Shown here: positions 30,283-40,163 of the stretch, one piece after another | Layout of the letters: each line of letters opens with the position of its first letter | Position numbering within the stretch: position 1 is the stretch's first letter | DNA from: a virus | Lineage: Duplodnaviria > Caudoviricetes | IMG/VR virus record: IMGVR_UViG_3300048502_000015 | Span: 1 to 64,000 of that record | Reading direction: 5' to 3' (one strand) | DNA length: 64,000 nt | Notes under the pieces: generated by a model | Seen by the model: the letters and a program-made list of their open reading frames with translations, nothing else | Told to the model about the DNA's origin: nothing | Database searches by the model: none | Program-made: the position numbers and the translations under genes

Positions 30283-30518
30283 TACGTTGTGGCCACTCCT
30301 ATGAGCAGCTTGTTATCGAGAGCAACTTGAAGAACCGAATCTTCAAGTTCCTTCCTTACTTTGGATGGAATCGTTTGGCCCTGCGGGTCGTAGACACTAA
30401 TGCAAATGGCATTAATGTGATACTTGTATGTCTGTCCCGGACGGCGCTTTCTTGTCTTTTTGTTATCTGTCATTTTCCTCAAATCCGTTTGTAAAGTCAG
30501 CAAAATACTTCTTTCCAT
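30282..30518 (-). CDS. hypothetical protein (start probably MTDNK)
   Basis: ORF. Confidence 0.55.
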   Translation of the reverse strand: MERSILLTLQTDLRKMTDNKKTRKRRPGQTYKYHINAICISVYDPQGQTIPSKVRKELEDSVLQVALDNKLLIGVATT

Positions 30519-30759
30519 ACTCTAATAGACTGGCATTAAGATCCTTTAGGCTACCACCCATTAAGTCCTCGTCCAACATAGCCGTTCCTAATTCAAGGGT
30601 AAGTGTGAGAGTACCGGGAGTAACAAAATAATAGACTATTTCGGTCTTTGGTTGACTCAAGAAAAACGATTTAACGCCAATCCAAGACCCTTTCTGTTTG
30701 CCATCAACAATAGCCTTTGGATAAGGATCAACCGGATCTTGTAAAGGAAATCCTGTCAT
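30463..30759 (-). CDS. hypothetical protein
   Basis: coupled ORF. Confidence 0.6.
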   Translation of the reverse strand: MTGFPLQDPVDPYPKAIVDGKQKGSWIGVKSFFLSQPKTEIVYYFVTPGTLTLTLELGTAMLDEDLMGGSLKDLNASLLEYGKKYFADFTNGFEENDR

Positions 30760-31064
30760 TAAATCTCCAATCTATCCCGAAGATCTTCAAGATTTTGAAT
30801 GATCTCAAATAATCCATTATTGTGATTACGAATACGACTGGTCAATCCACTCGTTAATGGACTAGGAACATTATTCGAATCGTCGTCAATCATGGCTTTA
30901 CCGGGACCTAAAATGGGTTCCAAGCGATGCCTTAGCTCATCAACGACATCCTTCAAACTACCAATTCGGCTGTCTACCCCAAGCAGTTGCGTTTCTACCG
31001 GCGAGGAGATTTTAGTCTTCTCTTGTCCATATCCGCTAGTGCTCGATATATCATTGTCATACAT
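30759..31064 (-). CDS. coiled-coil hypothetical protein
   Basis: coupled ORF. Confidence 0.65.
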   Translation of the reverse strand: MYDNDISSTSGYGQEKTKISSPVETQLLGVDSRIGSLKDVVDELRHRLEPILGPGKAMIDDDSNNVPSPLTSGLTSRIRNHNNGLFEIIQNLEDLRDRLEI

Positions 31065-31078
31065 TCTTTACTCACTTC

Positions 31079-32401
31079 CTATTGGTAGATTTCATCTCTC
31101 CAAAGGAGAGCGCCGTCGATGTACGTTGCCAAATCTATACGGAAGAATTTCCCGTGTGTTGAAACCGTAGCCCAACCATTTTGCCAGTCGGGGGCGGTTG
31201 TATAGTTAGGCCACTTTCGCCCCTTCTGGGTAGACTGATTAATCCTGCACATGCAACCCGCTTCTACTCCTGTAAGCGTAGATGGATCTCCGTTGATATC
31301 GTGCTTTGTGTGATACACAATTGACTGACGATGACTGTGGCCGATGATGCATGAGTAGCCAAGATGATTTAGGGTCGATAGTGCCGAAGCACCAGATCCG
31401 GCCCTAGCAATCCATCCATGTCGTACTGCCAAATTAGGAGTAATGTTGATTTGGCCTAAAGCATATGGTCCCTCCGGATCAATATATTTGATTCCAAGTT
31501 CATCAAATCGAAGAAGATAAGGAAGGGTTAAAACCTTCTCGTCCTGAACTTCCTCTGTATCGGCACGCTTGATGTCATAAAGCTGAGGGCTTCTATCAAT
31601 AAGGATATCCCTCAATCGCTGATCGTGGTTCCCGTCAAAGAACTCGATATCGGCATTCAAGGCTGCCTGACGATAATCTCGAATGATGTCGTAACCGCTC
31701 TGAATACACTCGTTTACCAACGCTGTATTCTCGGGATCTAGTCTATGGCGAGAGATGTTTGGAAAGTCAACTAGGTCACCAAGACAGATAATCCGGTCTG
31801 GTTGATTCTCTTCAAGCCAGCTACAGAATAGATCGTGAAGTCTTTCATCGTGGTAAGGTGCCTGTTGATCTCCCACGACGACAATCAGTTGATCCCCATA
31901 TGTAGGAGTCGCACGAGGAGGGGCTACCCAGCCATCACTTCGAGCCGGAAGAATCTGTAGTTCAGATTGCTTACGCTTTAGCTGAAGCTTGGCTTGATGA
32001 TAGGTTACTATTGATCCACCAGATTGAGGCCCATCCCATTCGTTTAGGGTTGCGCCTTGAAGAACCCATTCTTCGGGATCAAGTCCTCTTTCTCGAAGCA
32101 TTGCTTCGGGATCATCCAAATGCGGATAAGGATTCTCGTAAGCAGTAAGAGTCTGATGGCCAATTACTTCGGCCTCGTCGCCCTTGATTAGAAGTCCACC
32201 CTTTTCCTGAGTCGGGATACCCAATCCGTGACGCTTACGAAAACGCTTGATTGATGACTCGGTTGTATCCTTACCATATACCGTATGCAAACTACGAACT
32301 ATAGTGGTAGTAAATTCACCTAAATTAACAAGACCTATAATGTAACTTTTATATGGTTCTTCGTCCAGCCAACTACTCTGCTTGTTCTTCTTTGGACTCA
32401 T
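31079..32401 (-). CDS. calcineurin-like metallophosphoesterase
   Basis: GDQQ, GDLVD, GNHD, HG, GHSHR. Confidence 0.85.
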   Translation of the reverse strand: MSPKKNKQSSWLDEEPYKSYIIGLVNLGEFTTTIVRSLHTVYGKDTTESSIKRFRKRHGLGIPTQEKGGLLIKGDEAEVIGHQTLTAYENPYPHLDDPEAMLRERGLDPEEWVLQGATLNEWDGPQSGGSIVTYHQAKLQLKRKQSELQILPARSDGWVAPPRATPTYGDQLIVVVGDQQAPYHDERLHDLFCSWLEENQPDRIICLGDLVDFPNISRHRLDPENTALVNECIQSGYDIIRDYRQAALNADIEFFDGNHDQRLRDILIDRSPQLYDIKRADTEEVQDEKVLTLPYLLRFDELGIKYIDPEGPYALGQINITPNLAVRHGWIARAGSGASALSTLNHLGYSCIIGHSHRQSIVYHTKHDINGDPSTLTGVEAGCMCRINQSTQKGRKWPNYTTAPDWQNGWATVSTHGKFFRIDLATYIDGALLWRDEIYQ

Positions 32402-34838
32402 CAGTGTCTTCTAACTCCTCGTCAATTATTTCGGCTAACGGATCAACAATCGAATACTTCTTCTCGGTTTCAAAGGATACTTTACGCTTCTTTGGAACTT
32501 CCAGAATACTCTGTTCGGCAGTTACGGTCCTTCCATGAAACTTCCATTTATTACTGCCTTCTCGGAGTTCCTGGTTATCCTTTAATTCAAGCTCTTCATC
32601 AACTATAGCAGACTCGTCATTAGTGTCAACTTCGGCTTCCTCATCTGCAAGCATCAATTTAGCTAGTCTAGCACGTTCCTTATAAACCGCAATGATCGTT
32701 TCCAAGGTTGGAGCGCTAGAAGTAACGGATGAACCATAGTCCAATCCCGGACGACGTTCGTTAGAAACTTCAGGAACATTTCCTGCCGGTCCCCCTTCAA
32801 TCGGACTCGTCGGAGGAGCACCGCCACCAGGAGGAGCCGTTCCCGGACCAGAGCCAAGATCCGGTGGAGGATCAGGCATCACTATTGGGGAACCAGGGGG
32901 ACCACCAGGACCAGGATCTCCTGCGCCAGCACCACCAGGAGGAGCGGCTGCACCAGCCCCCTGAATAAGAACGGATTCTACCTCGGCCTTTAGGTCTGCC
33001 GGAACAGGAAGACCCTGAACCGTAAGAGCGATGTATGTGTCCATCTTTGCTCGCTGCTGAGAAATGGTCTTCTTCTCAAGTTCTCGGTTGTAGTCGTCTG
33101 TGACATCTGTAATATCCCATTCAATTCCGACCATAAGCTTGCTATCCGGAATCGGCACTCCAATTTGGCGAAGCTCCATTAGGAACTGACGTTCGGTGGC
33201 CTCATCTCTAAGATCAAAGGTGGAAAAGTTTAGCTGAGGACACGTATACTTAGGAACTTCTTTAAGGGTCTTGTTTCCCTCGTCATCGTAGGTCACGATA
33301 GTCTCATAAAGAGGAATTCTAGTCTGTCCTTTTCTCTCAAAATCTTGGTGTCCTTGGGCCTCTGCGACAACTAAGGCTCGCTCCATATAGTGCTTCTTGA
33401 GTTGCTTCTGGAAGGTTCGAAGAACCTGATTCATGAATTCTGCCTGAAGAGCCGAACTAGCATAAGGCTGAGAGTTTGATCCTCCGGAAAGCAACGAAGG
33501 GTTGATTCCGAAAACCTGGAATAGACGACGTTCAATACGATCAAAGTCATCACCCAATCGAGGCATTTGTTCTCGTCCGAAAACGGACGACATTTCAAGT
33601 CCGAAGTGGTGGACCATAACTCGGAAGTCAGATGCCATGGCGATATCAATATCGTCACGGACGGATTCAAGTTGTTCTGGACCGGGAACCCAAGGGGGAA
33701 GTCCGTCGCCCATGTCCATGATTCCTAGCTTGGCAAGAATGAACGGCGAGTAAAGTCGTTCTGCAATAGCATCCTGAGAAGCCAAAAGCTTCTCTTCGTG
33801 AAGGAGAGTACGAAGGCCACGGAGAAGAATCGGCGTTCCGTGGTCATCCCAGTCGTTAAGCTTGTTTGCTACCTGTCGAAGCATGACCGGCGAAATCGGA
33901 ATATGCTCTCCCTTTTGAAGATAAGGAATAAGCTCTGAATAGTTCTCGTTTAGCATGTACCACTCACGAGCAGGCGACTTAGTTTGAACAATTCTACGGA
34001 GATAATCTGGCGGAACGATCTTTAGCTGCTGAGTATCGAGAAGAGGGAAGTTGTCAATGACGATATCTTCCGGATTGATCAATTCCTCATGTGTCCAGAC
34101 ACCAAGGTCTTCATCAAACTGACCAAGAGGAAATGCCTCTCCAACCGTCCATACTTCTCGACCCATCGAAACAAAGAAGTCATCGTATTCAAGATTGCCC
34201 AAGAAGATGTCTTCGTAAATTGCCTTTAGCGCAGGGTCCTTATGTTCCAATTCCATACCAATTAGAGGGAATCTAGTAAAGATGTCGATAAGGCTCGGGA
34301 CCAAATAATGAGTCGCGTAATAGAGTCTTAACCACTTGTGAAGCTTATGTCGATGTCCTTCGTCGGCAATGTTCCACGGAAGTCCTGAAAGATCCCAGTA
34401 TTCAAGGGGATCATAGAAACGAGGGATAGCGTTATAAACATCGCCTCCCATTGCTCCTCCACCACCGGCTCCAATAGAGCCGTACTTTCCTGCCAACGAA
34501 GGATAGTTCTTGTCGTGAATGGCTGAACGGCGAGCCTGGAAACTAGAAGCCTGTCGATTAAACCCGCCTCCCCGTTTGCTAGCCATAGCGTTAGAAAGAG
34601 CCTTGTTCTCTCCCATGATGCGCTGAACCTCGGGGGTATCATAATTGGCCTGAGTAATCGGTCGGCCAATTCGGACTTCCAATCCACGCAAATCTCTTTC
34701 AGCGGTTTTGTTGATCTGGTAGTTGGTATTAATCGTATCCCCGTAGGCTTCTATAGCCCGTTGAGGATGCTTTGGAAGGATTAACCCATTATCACGGAGT
34801 CTCTGTAACTCCGCTCCCATTTTGTCTTGATCTGACAT
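32373..34838 (-). CDS. portal protein
   Basis: size, near terminase; LIDIFTRFP..GEAFP..INP..HGTPILLR..SPFILAKLG motifs. Confidence 0.8.
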   Translation of the reverse strand: MSDQDKMGAELQRLRDNGLILPKHPQRAIEAYGDTINTNYQINKTAERDLRGLEVRIGRPITQANYDTPEVQRIMGENKALSNAMASKRGGGFNRQASSFQARRSAIHDKNYPSLAGKYGSIGAGGGGAMGGDVYNAIPRFYDPLEYWDLSGLPWNIADEGHRHKLHKWLRLYYATHYLVPSLIDIFTRFPLIGMELEHKDPALKAIYEDIFLGNLEYDDFFVSMGREVWTVGEAFPLGQFDEDLGVWTHEELINPEDIVIDNFPLLDTQQLKIVPPDYLRRIVQTKSPAREWYMLNENYSELIPYLQKGEHIPISPVMLRQVANKLNDWDDHGTPILLRGLRTLLHEEKLLASQDAIAERLYSPFILAKLGIMDMGDGLPPWVPGPEQLESVRDDIDIAMASDFRVMVHHFGLEMSSVFGREQMPRLGDDFDRIERRLFQVFGINPSLLSGGSNSQPYASSALQAEFMNQVLRTFQKQLKKHYMERALVVAEAQGHQDFERKGQTRIPLYETIVTYDDEGNKTLKEVPKYTCPQLNFSTFDLRDEATERQFLMELRQIGVPIPDSKLMVGIEWDITDVTDDYNRELEKKTISQQRAKMDTYIALTVQGLPVPADLKAEVESVLIQGAGAAAPPGGAGAGDPGPGGPPGSPIVMPDPPPDLGSGPGTAPPGGGAPPTSPIEGGPAGNVPEVSNERRPGLDYGSSVTSSAPTLETIIAVYKERARLAKLMLADEEAEVDTNDESAIVDEELELKDNQELREGSNKWKFHGRTVTAEQSILEVPKKRKVSFETEKKYSIVDPLAEIIDEELEDTDESKEEQAE

Positions 34839-34882
34839 CTACTCTTTTACCTTACAGTTTCGCCCCATTTCGGAGCACTTGA

Positions 34883-36400
34883 CTAATCTGAAGCTTTATT
34901 TGTTACTGGGTCTGCTTGGTCGCCTTTAGGCCAAGTCTTGGTCTTTGGTCCCTTTGATTCTCCACCTGGAGCAAAGCCGCCATCATCTAATCCGGTTCCA
35001 GAAGGCAACTCTTCCTTCTTGATATCGCCAATTTCCTTTAGCTCGTCATCATTCTTAGGAATGATCGGCTCAAGGATATCCTTGATGATTCCGTCTGACT
35101 TGATTGGATCAAGATTCTCTGGAGTCCACTTACGCTTGTCAATCTTTGGTTCTGGTCCGCCTAGACCAGTCGTTTCCGTTGCTACTCTGCTTTCTAGAGC
35201 ATCAAGGGCAGATGGTCCCCAATCAGAAACTTTTCCTTTGCCGTGGCAACGAGAACACTTAGGGTTGTCGCCTCCACACAATGGGCAAGTTACCTGCTTA
35301 GGAGAATCATCCTTATCGGATGCTGGGTTATACTCTTTTGGGGATGCCGTTCGGCTATCCGGGGTTTTAACCCCTGACTCCGCAATGGTCCGAACATCTT
35401 TAGGAGTCCAAGCTGCCGTTAATCCGCCACCGCCATAAAGCATTCCCTGAAGATCAGCTAGACTCTTCTGAATCTGTTGCGCATGAGGATGTCCGCCTCC
35501 GCTGGCCATAGCTGCCTGCTGAAGAGTCATAATCGCGTTTTGAACACCTTCTGGGTTCTGTACCGGGGTTGCAGGAGCGTTTGTAGGAACTCCACCCATA
35601 GCATTTGGATCGACCGCATTCGGATCTAGAGAAGCCGGATCTGTAGGACCATTTGCAAACTCAACTCCGTTATCTGCTGTACGCACACTAGCAGCCATCG
35701 CCATAGGCTCTCCTGCGCCCTCAGAGCCTCCAGAAAAGCCTTCTGAACCGGAATCAGAGGTTTCTGCGCCCGGACTTGGGAAATCAATTACGTTGTCTAC
35801 AGGAGCTTCGGTCTGATCGCTAATTTGTTCGGTGTTCTGATCTGGCACATCAAGAGTAATCGGCTCGTCAATAACCTGATTCTTCTTGTCTTCTCGTGCC
35901 TTAGCTCGGTCGTCCCAATAAGACTGGGTTACCATTTCCTTCTTGAAGTTACACTTGCCTTCAAAGCTTCCCTTACAATGCTGATCTGTCCAAGCATGAG
36001 AAGCCATAGCGTTAAAGCCTGCTGAAGGATCTCCTGAAGCCAACGAAATATCGGTAACCTCGGAATGATAAGGACACATCTTAACGCGAGCTTCATGAAT
36101 GCTTGCTGTACGAACATCTACATTTTGTCGCGCTTCATACGGACGATAATGATCTCGAAGAGTCTGAGCGATATTTGCTGGAGACTTGTGACCAACCTCG
36201 TCACAAGCAACAAGGACAACCCCATTGAAGTCATCTTCAACAAGGGCAAAACGAGCATCGAATTCCGCTGCCGTCTTTGCCTGCTTAAAGTAGTTTCCGT
36301 ACATAGCATCTGTACGAGCCTCAGCAACGACTAAAGCTTGGCGGGAAGCCAATCGGGGATTTTCATCTTCTGCGGCTAAAACTTCAAAAAGTCCGGTCAT
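34883..36400 (-). CDS. head-associated protein with Zn-ribbon inserts
   Basis: between terminase and portal; many K/R-x-A motifs. Confidence 0.6.
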   Translation of the reverse strand: MTGLFEVLAAEDENPRLASRQALVVAEARTDAMYGNYFKQAKTAAEFDARFALVEDDFNGVVLVACDEVGHKSPANIAQTLRDHYRPYEARQNVDVRTASIHEARVKMCPYHSEVTDISLASGDPSAGFNAMASHAWTDQHCKGSFEGKCNFKKEMVTQSYWDDRAKAREDKKNQVIDEPITLDVPDQNTEQISDQTEAPVDNVIDFPSPGAETSDSGSEGFSGGSEGAGEPMAMAASVRTADNGVEFANGPTDPASLDPNAVDPNAMGGVPTNAPATPVQNPEGVQNAIMTLQQAAMASGGGHPHAQQIQKSLADLQGMLYGGGGLTAAWTPKDVRTIAESGVKTPDSRTASPKEYNPASDKDDSPKQVTCPLCGGDNPKCSRCHGKGKVSDWGPSALDALESRVATETTGLGGPEPKIDKRKWTPENLDPIKSDGIIKDILEPIIPKNDDELKEIGDIKKEELPSGTGLDDGGFAPGGESKGPKTKTWPKGDQADPVTNKASD

Positions 36401-36408
36401 ATTGATCC

Positions 36409-37407
36409 TTACAAGAAGAGAGAAGCGTCCGGAGCATCCTTAAAGGATTGTTCCTGAACAGCCGCTTCCTTATGAATTGAAGACTGTCTATCCGCAAGCT
36501 CTGCGCGGCGAGCTAATTCGACTTTGGCTACGAAGGCATCTCGATAGTCATCTACCTTATCGCCGCTAAATCCTGCGGTCTTAGAATGAATGTGGGAATA
36601 AGCCATTTCTCGTGTAACTCCGGCATCAGCCAAAGCTCCAAGGTCAAGCGTTGAAGCAAAGATTCCTGGCTCCTCTGAAAGGATCTTGTCAAAGTCCTGT
36701 CCTTCAGATTCGGCAATCATTTCTGACGAAACAACATCAAGCCAGTCGTTGCCCTTTCCTCGTCCAAGATCAGCTTGTTCGGCTACACCATAATCGAACT
36801 TAGCTGGAGCAGCAAAGGCTTCTGCATCGGAGCTATCAAGGTGCTCGATAGCCTCCTTGATTTCAAGCTGCTCGTTCTGAGCTTCTAGGGCAAACTTGTG
36901 AAGAGTGGTTTCATCAGCATATGATGAACCCTGAACGATAAGATCTCCAATTTCTGTCTGAAGGTCATTAAGCTTAGCGATACGAGTTGCAAGAGATCGC
37001 TTGTCGTGAGGGTATGTCTCATCAAGGTCTTGACGAATTCGAACAATCGGGCTAGTTGGAACCGAAGCAAGCTTCTCATTGTGATAAACAAGGTCGTCAT
37101 CTGATCCGTGAGTCTCAAACTTAGAGATGCGCCCGTTTTCAAGTCTGATGGTGATTTCATTTCCCCAAACGCTAGGGATACGACTAAGAATCTCTCCCTT
37201 TAGTCCGTTAGGGGTGATAATGTGAGTAGCGGTCTTCTTGGCCTCATCGCGGGCCTTTTGCTTGCGTTCCTTCTCGACGGTATCGAGATAGTCAACCGCA
37301 TCCTTTTCCACTTCTTTGAAATCGTCACCGGAAGCGATTCTACGGCCTTCAAAAACGGCGATAGTGGTGCTTCCTTCAAAAACGTATGTTGGAATATATT
37401 CGGACAT
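36409..37407 (-). CDS. head-associated hypothetical protein
   Basis: position; K-x-A motifs. Confidence 0.6.
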   Translation of the reverse strand: MSEYIPTYVFEGSTTIAVFEGRRIASGDDFKEVEKDAVDYLDTVEKERKQKARDEAKKTATHIITPNGLKGEILSRIPSVWGNEITIRLENGRISKFETHGSDDDLVYHNEKLASVPTSPIVRIRQDLDETYPHDKRSLATRIAKLNDLQTEIGDLIVQGSSYADETTLHKFALEAQNEQLEIKEAIEHLDSSDAEAFAAPAKFDYGVAEQADLGRGKGNDWLDVVSSEMIAESEGQDFDKILSEEPGIFASTLDLGALADAGVTREMAYSHIHSKTAGFSGDKVDDYRDAFVAKVELARRAELADRQSSIHKEAAVQEQSFKDAPDASLFL

Positions 37408-37450
37408 CGCTAATTATTATCTAGATACAATGAGAATACAGGTATGAAAC

Positions 37451-39592
37451 TTATCTCCATCCTGCTCTTCTTCCTCTTTGTCCTCGGGATCGACCTATAG
37501 CTGATCCCTGACGCAAAGCTCGATTGGCTTCCGTTTGTTCTCTGGAATGATAGAATTCGTGGATATTGACTGGGCCAACCCCTCCAACCGGAGGAGCATC
37601 AGAACCTCCAATTGGATATCCTCCTGCGGCCCCTCCTACAAGGGCACTATTAGCAAGACGATCTTGCATTCGGTTAACCATAAGGTTTCCGATGAGCGAG
37701 TAAACGCATTCAGCCACGCAATCGGCCCTATCCTTTAACTGCACAGGACCAATAGTTTGCTTGTCTACGCGAGGGAACTTTCCTCCCGTGTTCTGTTGCT
37801 GGAGGAACTTGAGTTCTTGATCGACACCAAACGGCTTCTGATCTTTGGAGTCATAAGGCGCATGAACCAACCCTTGATAAAGGGCCGTCTTAAAGACTTC
37901 CCAACGCTTCCAGTTTAACTCGTTCGTGGCGACCTTTTCGTACACCCTTGTAGGGATATTTCTATCTCGTAATCGTTCTGAAAGATCATAGATCGGATCG
38001 ACGCTTTGGTGTTGGTCCATTGTGATTTCGAATGGACGGAAAATGTCTGCAAATTCTTCAAGCTCTCGAAGAATGGTTGGCCAACGAATAACCTGTCCAG
38101 GGAAGTTTTTCGGGTCCCAAGACTTAATCAAGTCAAACACGCAATGCTCCTCTAGAACGCCATCAAACCTCGGAAGCATTTCGAGATGGGCCATAGCAAA
38201 ACCGAATCCAGCCGTTGTTGAAGAGGGGTCTACATGGATCTTGTATCGGAATGTGTTAAGGGCAGATTGACCACCGATATCCGAATGATAAAGCTTTCGC
38301 TTAAGCATCGGCATTCCCTGTACATTGACTTCCCAGTGAGTAGGAATGCCCTCGAACATCTGGTCCACCATTCGGGGAAGCAAGAATGCCTCTGTTACTT
38401 CGGCAAATTTTCCTCTACGTTCAACTTTGTAGGTTTCAGGATTGTCTGCTTCCTTAGCTCGCGCCTGAATGATTCTTCGCTTGTCTTCTTCGCTATAAAG
38501 TGGCTCTCCATTCGCATCGACCCCATCTGGGTCCCAATCAGGAGAAGCGGTAATGACAAAATTGAATTTGTGCTTTGGCTGCCACTTGCTTTTATACCTT
38601 CGGTAGTTTTCAAATAGTGCCCAAGACGGATACTGAAAGGCCATAAGTCGAGGGTCGCCGTTGGCTCCTTCGCTACTTTCTCCCTCACCAAAATCTTTTG
38701 CGAAGTCAACGGGGCGATCTCGATCAAAAGACCTCATCGACTTCTCATAACGTTCATAAAACATTCCCACTTTAGTATATGGAGAACTGTTACAGAAAAT
38801 CATTCCGTCGTTCCCGAATTGGTCGAGGGATGGGTCGAGGGCAGTATATACCTCGGAGGCACTAGCTTTGCTAAGACCAGGAATCATGTGGGCCATCTCG
38901 TCAATAACACCGATCATTGTCGCTGATCCTCGAAGAGTACCGGCGTTAGCTGCTAAAGCATTTCCTCTGATTCGGGCAATAGCCCTAGAGATCTTAGCCT
39001 GTCTCTCAGAAATTTGGCTAATTTGACGAAGATCGGCCTCGGTCGATAGGCGAATCTCGGTTTCCAAAGTAGGGAACTTTCGGAATCGTTCCATAGCCTT
39101 ACAAGATTCAACTATGGATACAAGGTCGGCATATTGGAACTGTTTTGCCTGAGATTCAGAACCCGCGACGCAAGAAAAGTAGATTTCCTTTTTCTTATCA
39201 ATTCCGTAATGTTCTCCGGGATCGCCTAACTGAAGGGTTTCCAGCATAATTTTCCCCATGGCGGCGGCGGTCATCCATCCCTTTGATGAACGTCTACCCC
39301 CAATAAGGGTTACTTCCCGAAAGTGTTTGTAACTGTTTTCTCGAAGAAATTCGATCCTCTCTCGAATATCCGGAGAGATTTGGATCTCTGTCCCGTTGCG
39401 TCCTCCTCGAATCCAGTAATCAACCGTATCCTCTTCTTCGCCGGTTAGTTCCTCTAAGAAGATTAGCTTCAAAAAAGTAGTCTGTGCGGGATAAGCGGCT
39501 TTCCCACAGTACTCATCTGACTCAATAAATTGCTGGATTCCTACGGGTCGAACAACTAAGCTACTCTCGATAGTGTCGAGAAGATTAACCAT
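37451..39592 (-). CDS. terL: terminase large subunit
   Basis: GGRRSSKG Walker A, VIDEMAH Walker B, SSP motif, HVDPS/MDQ/KDRAD RNase H-type nuclease. Confidence 0.92.
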   Translation of the reverse strand: MVNLLDTIESSLVVRPVGIQQFIESDEYCGKAAYPAQTTFLKLIFLEELTGEEEDTVDYWIRGGRNGTEIQISPDIRERIEFLRENSYKHFREVTLIGGRRSSKGWMTAAAMGKIMLETLQLGDPGEHYGIDKKKEIYFSCVAGSESQAKQFQYADLVSIVESCKAMERFRKFPTLETEIRLSTEADLRQISQISERQAKISRAIARIRGNALAANAGTLRGSATMIGVIDEMAHMIPGLSKASASEVYTALDPSLDQFGNDGMIFCNSSPYTKVGMFYERYEKSMRSFDRDRPVDFAKDFGEGESSEGANGDPRLMAFQYPSWALFENYRRYKSKWQPKHKFNFVITASPDWDPDGVDANGEPLYSEEDKRRIIQARAKEADNPETYKVERRGKFAEVTEAFLLPRMVDQMFEGIPTHWEVNVQGMPMLKRKLYHSDIGGQSALNTFRYKIHVDPSSTTAGFGFAMAHLEMLPRFDGVLEEHCVFDLIKSWDPKNFPGQVIRWPTILRELEEFADIFRPFEITMDQHQSVDPIYDLSERLRDRNIPTRVYEKVATNELNWKRWEVFKTALYQGLVHAPYDSKDQKPFGVDQELKFLQQQNTGGKFPRVDKQTIGPVQLKDRADCVAECVYSLIGNLMVNRMQDRLANSALVGGAAGGYPIGGSDAPPVGGVGPVNIHEFYHSREQTEANRALRQGSAIGRSRGQRGRRAGWR

Positions 39593-40079
39593 TAGCTCGT
39601 TTCTTAGCCTTTGTCGTTCGGTTAGGATCTTCCTTCTGTCCTAAGAAGGCTTCTCCTCGCTCCTGAGCCTTTCTAACTTCGTAACCCTTGCGGTCGTGAT
39701 CGTGGCCATATTTGGATACCGAATGGCTTCCAAGTGCGCCCTCAAAGGAAACTACAATCGGCTTACCCTCAAGAAGAGGGGTAACATCAACACTGACCAA
39801 GAGATCGCATTTTTCCATCATCGTGGTCTTGATCTCGTCTTCAAACTGATCAACCAGTTTCATGGCCGCATCAACATCAAATTTGGGATCTCCTTGAAAT
39901 CTTCCGAGAAATTTCTGTCGCCACTTGTTGGTAATCGGGAGCATTGTTCGCCATGCCTTAGCGATTTCTTCATCGGTAAGGTCAAGGGTAAGGGCATTCG
40001 AGAAGTCTACTGCCGACTTAACAATTCCTTGATTGACATCAAGCTCTGGAGAGGTTACGGCAAAATCTGAATCAGTCAT
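39585..40079 (-). CDS. hypothetical protein coupled to terL
   Basis: overlaps terL start. Confidence 0.65.
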   Translation of the reverse strand: MTDSDFAVTSPELDVNQGIVKSAVDFSNALTLDLTDEEIAKAWRTMLPITNKWRQKFLGRFQGDPKFDVDAAMKLVDQFEDEIKTTMMEKCDLLVSVDVTPLLEGKPIVVSFEGALGSHSVSKYGHDHDRKGYEVRKAQERGEAFLGQKEDPNRTTKAKKRANG

Positions 40080-40163
40080 ACTATCCTTTGGTTATACTTG
40101 TCTACCCCTTACAACGCAGAATGGCCCTAACAAGTAGGGCCATTCGTTGTTATAGACTGAGGT

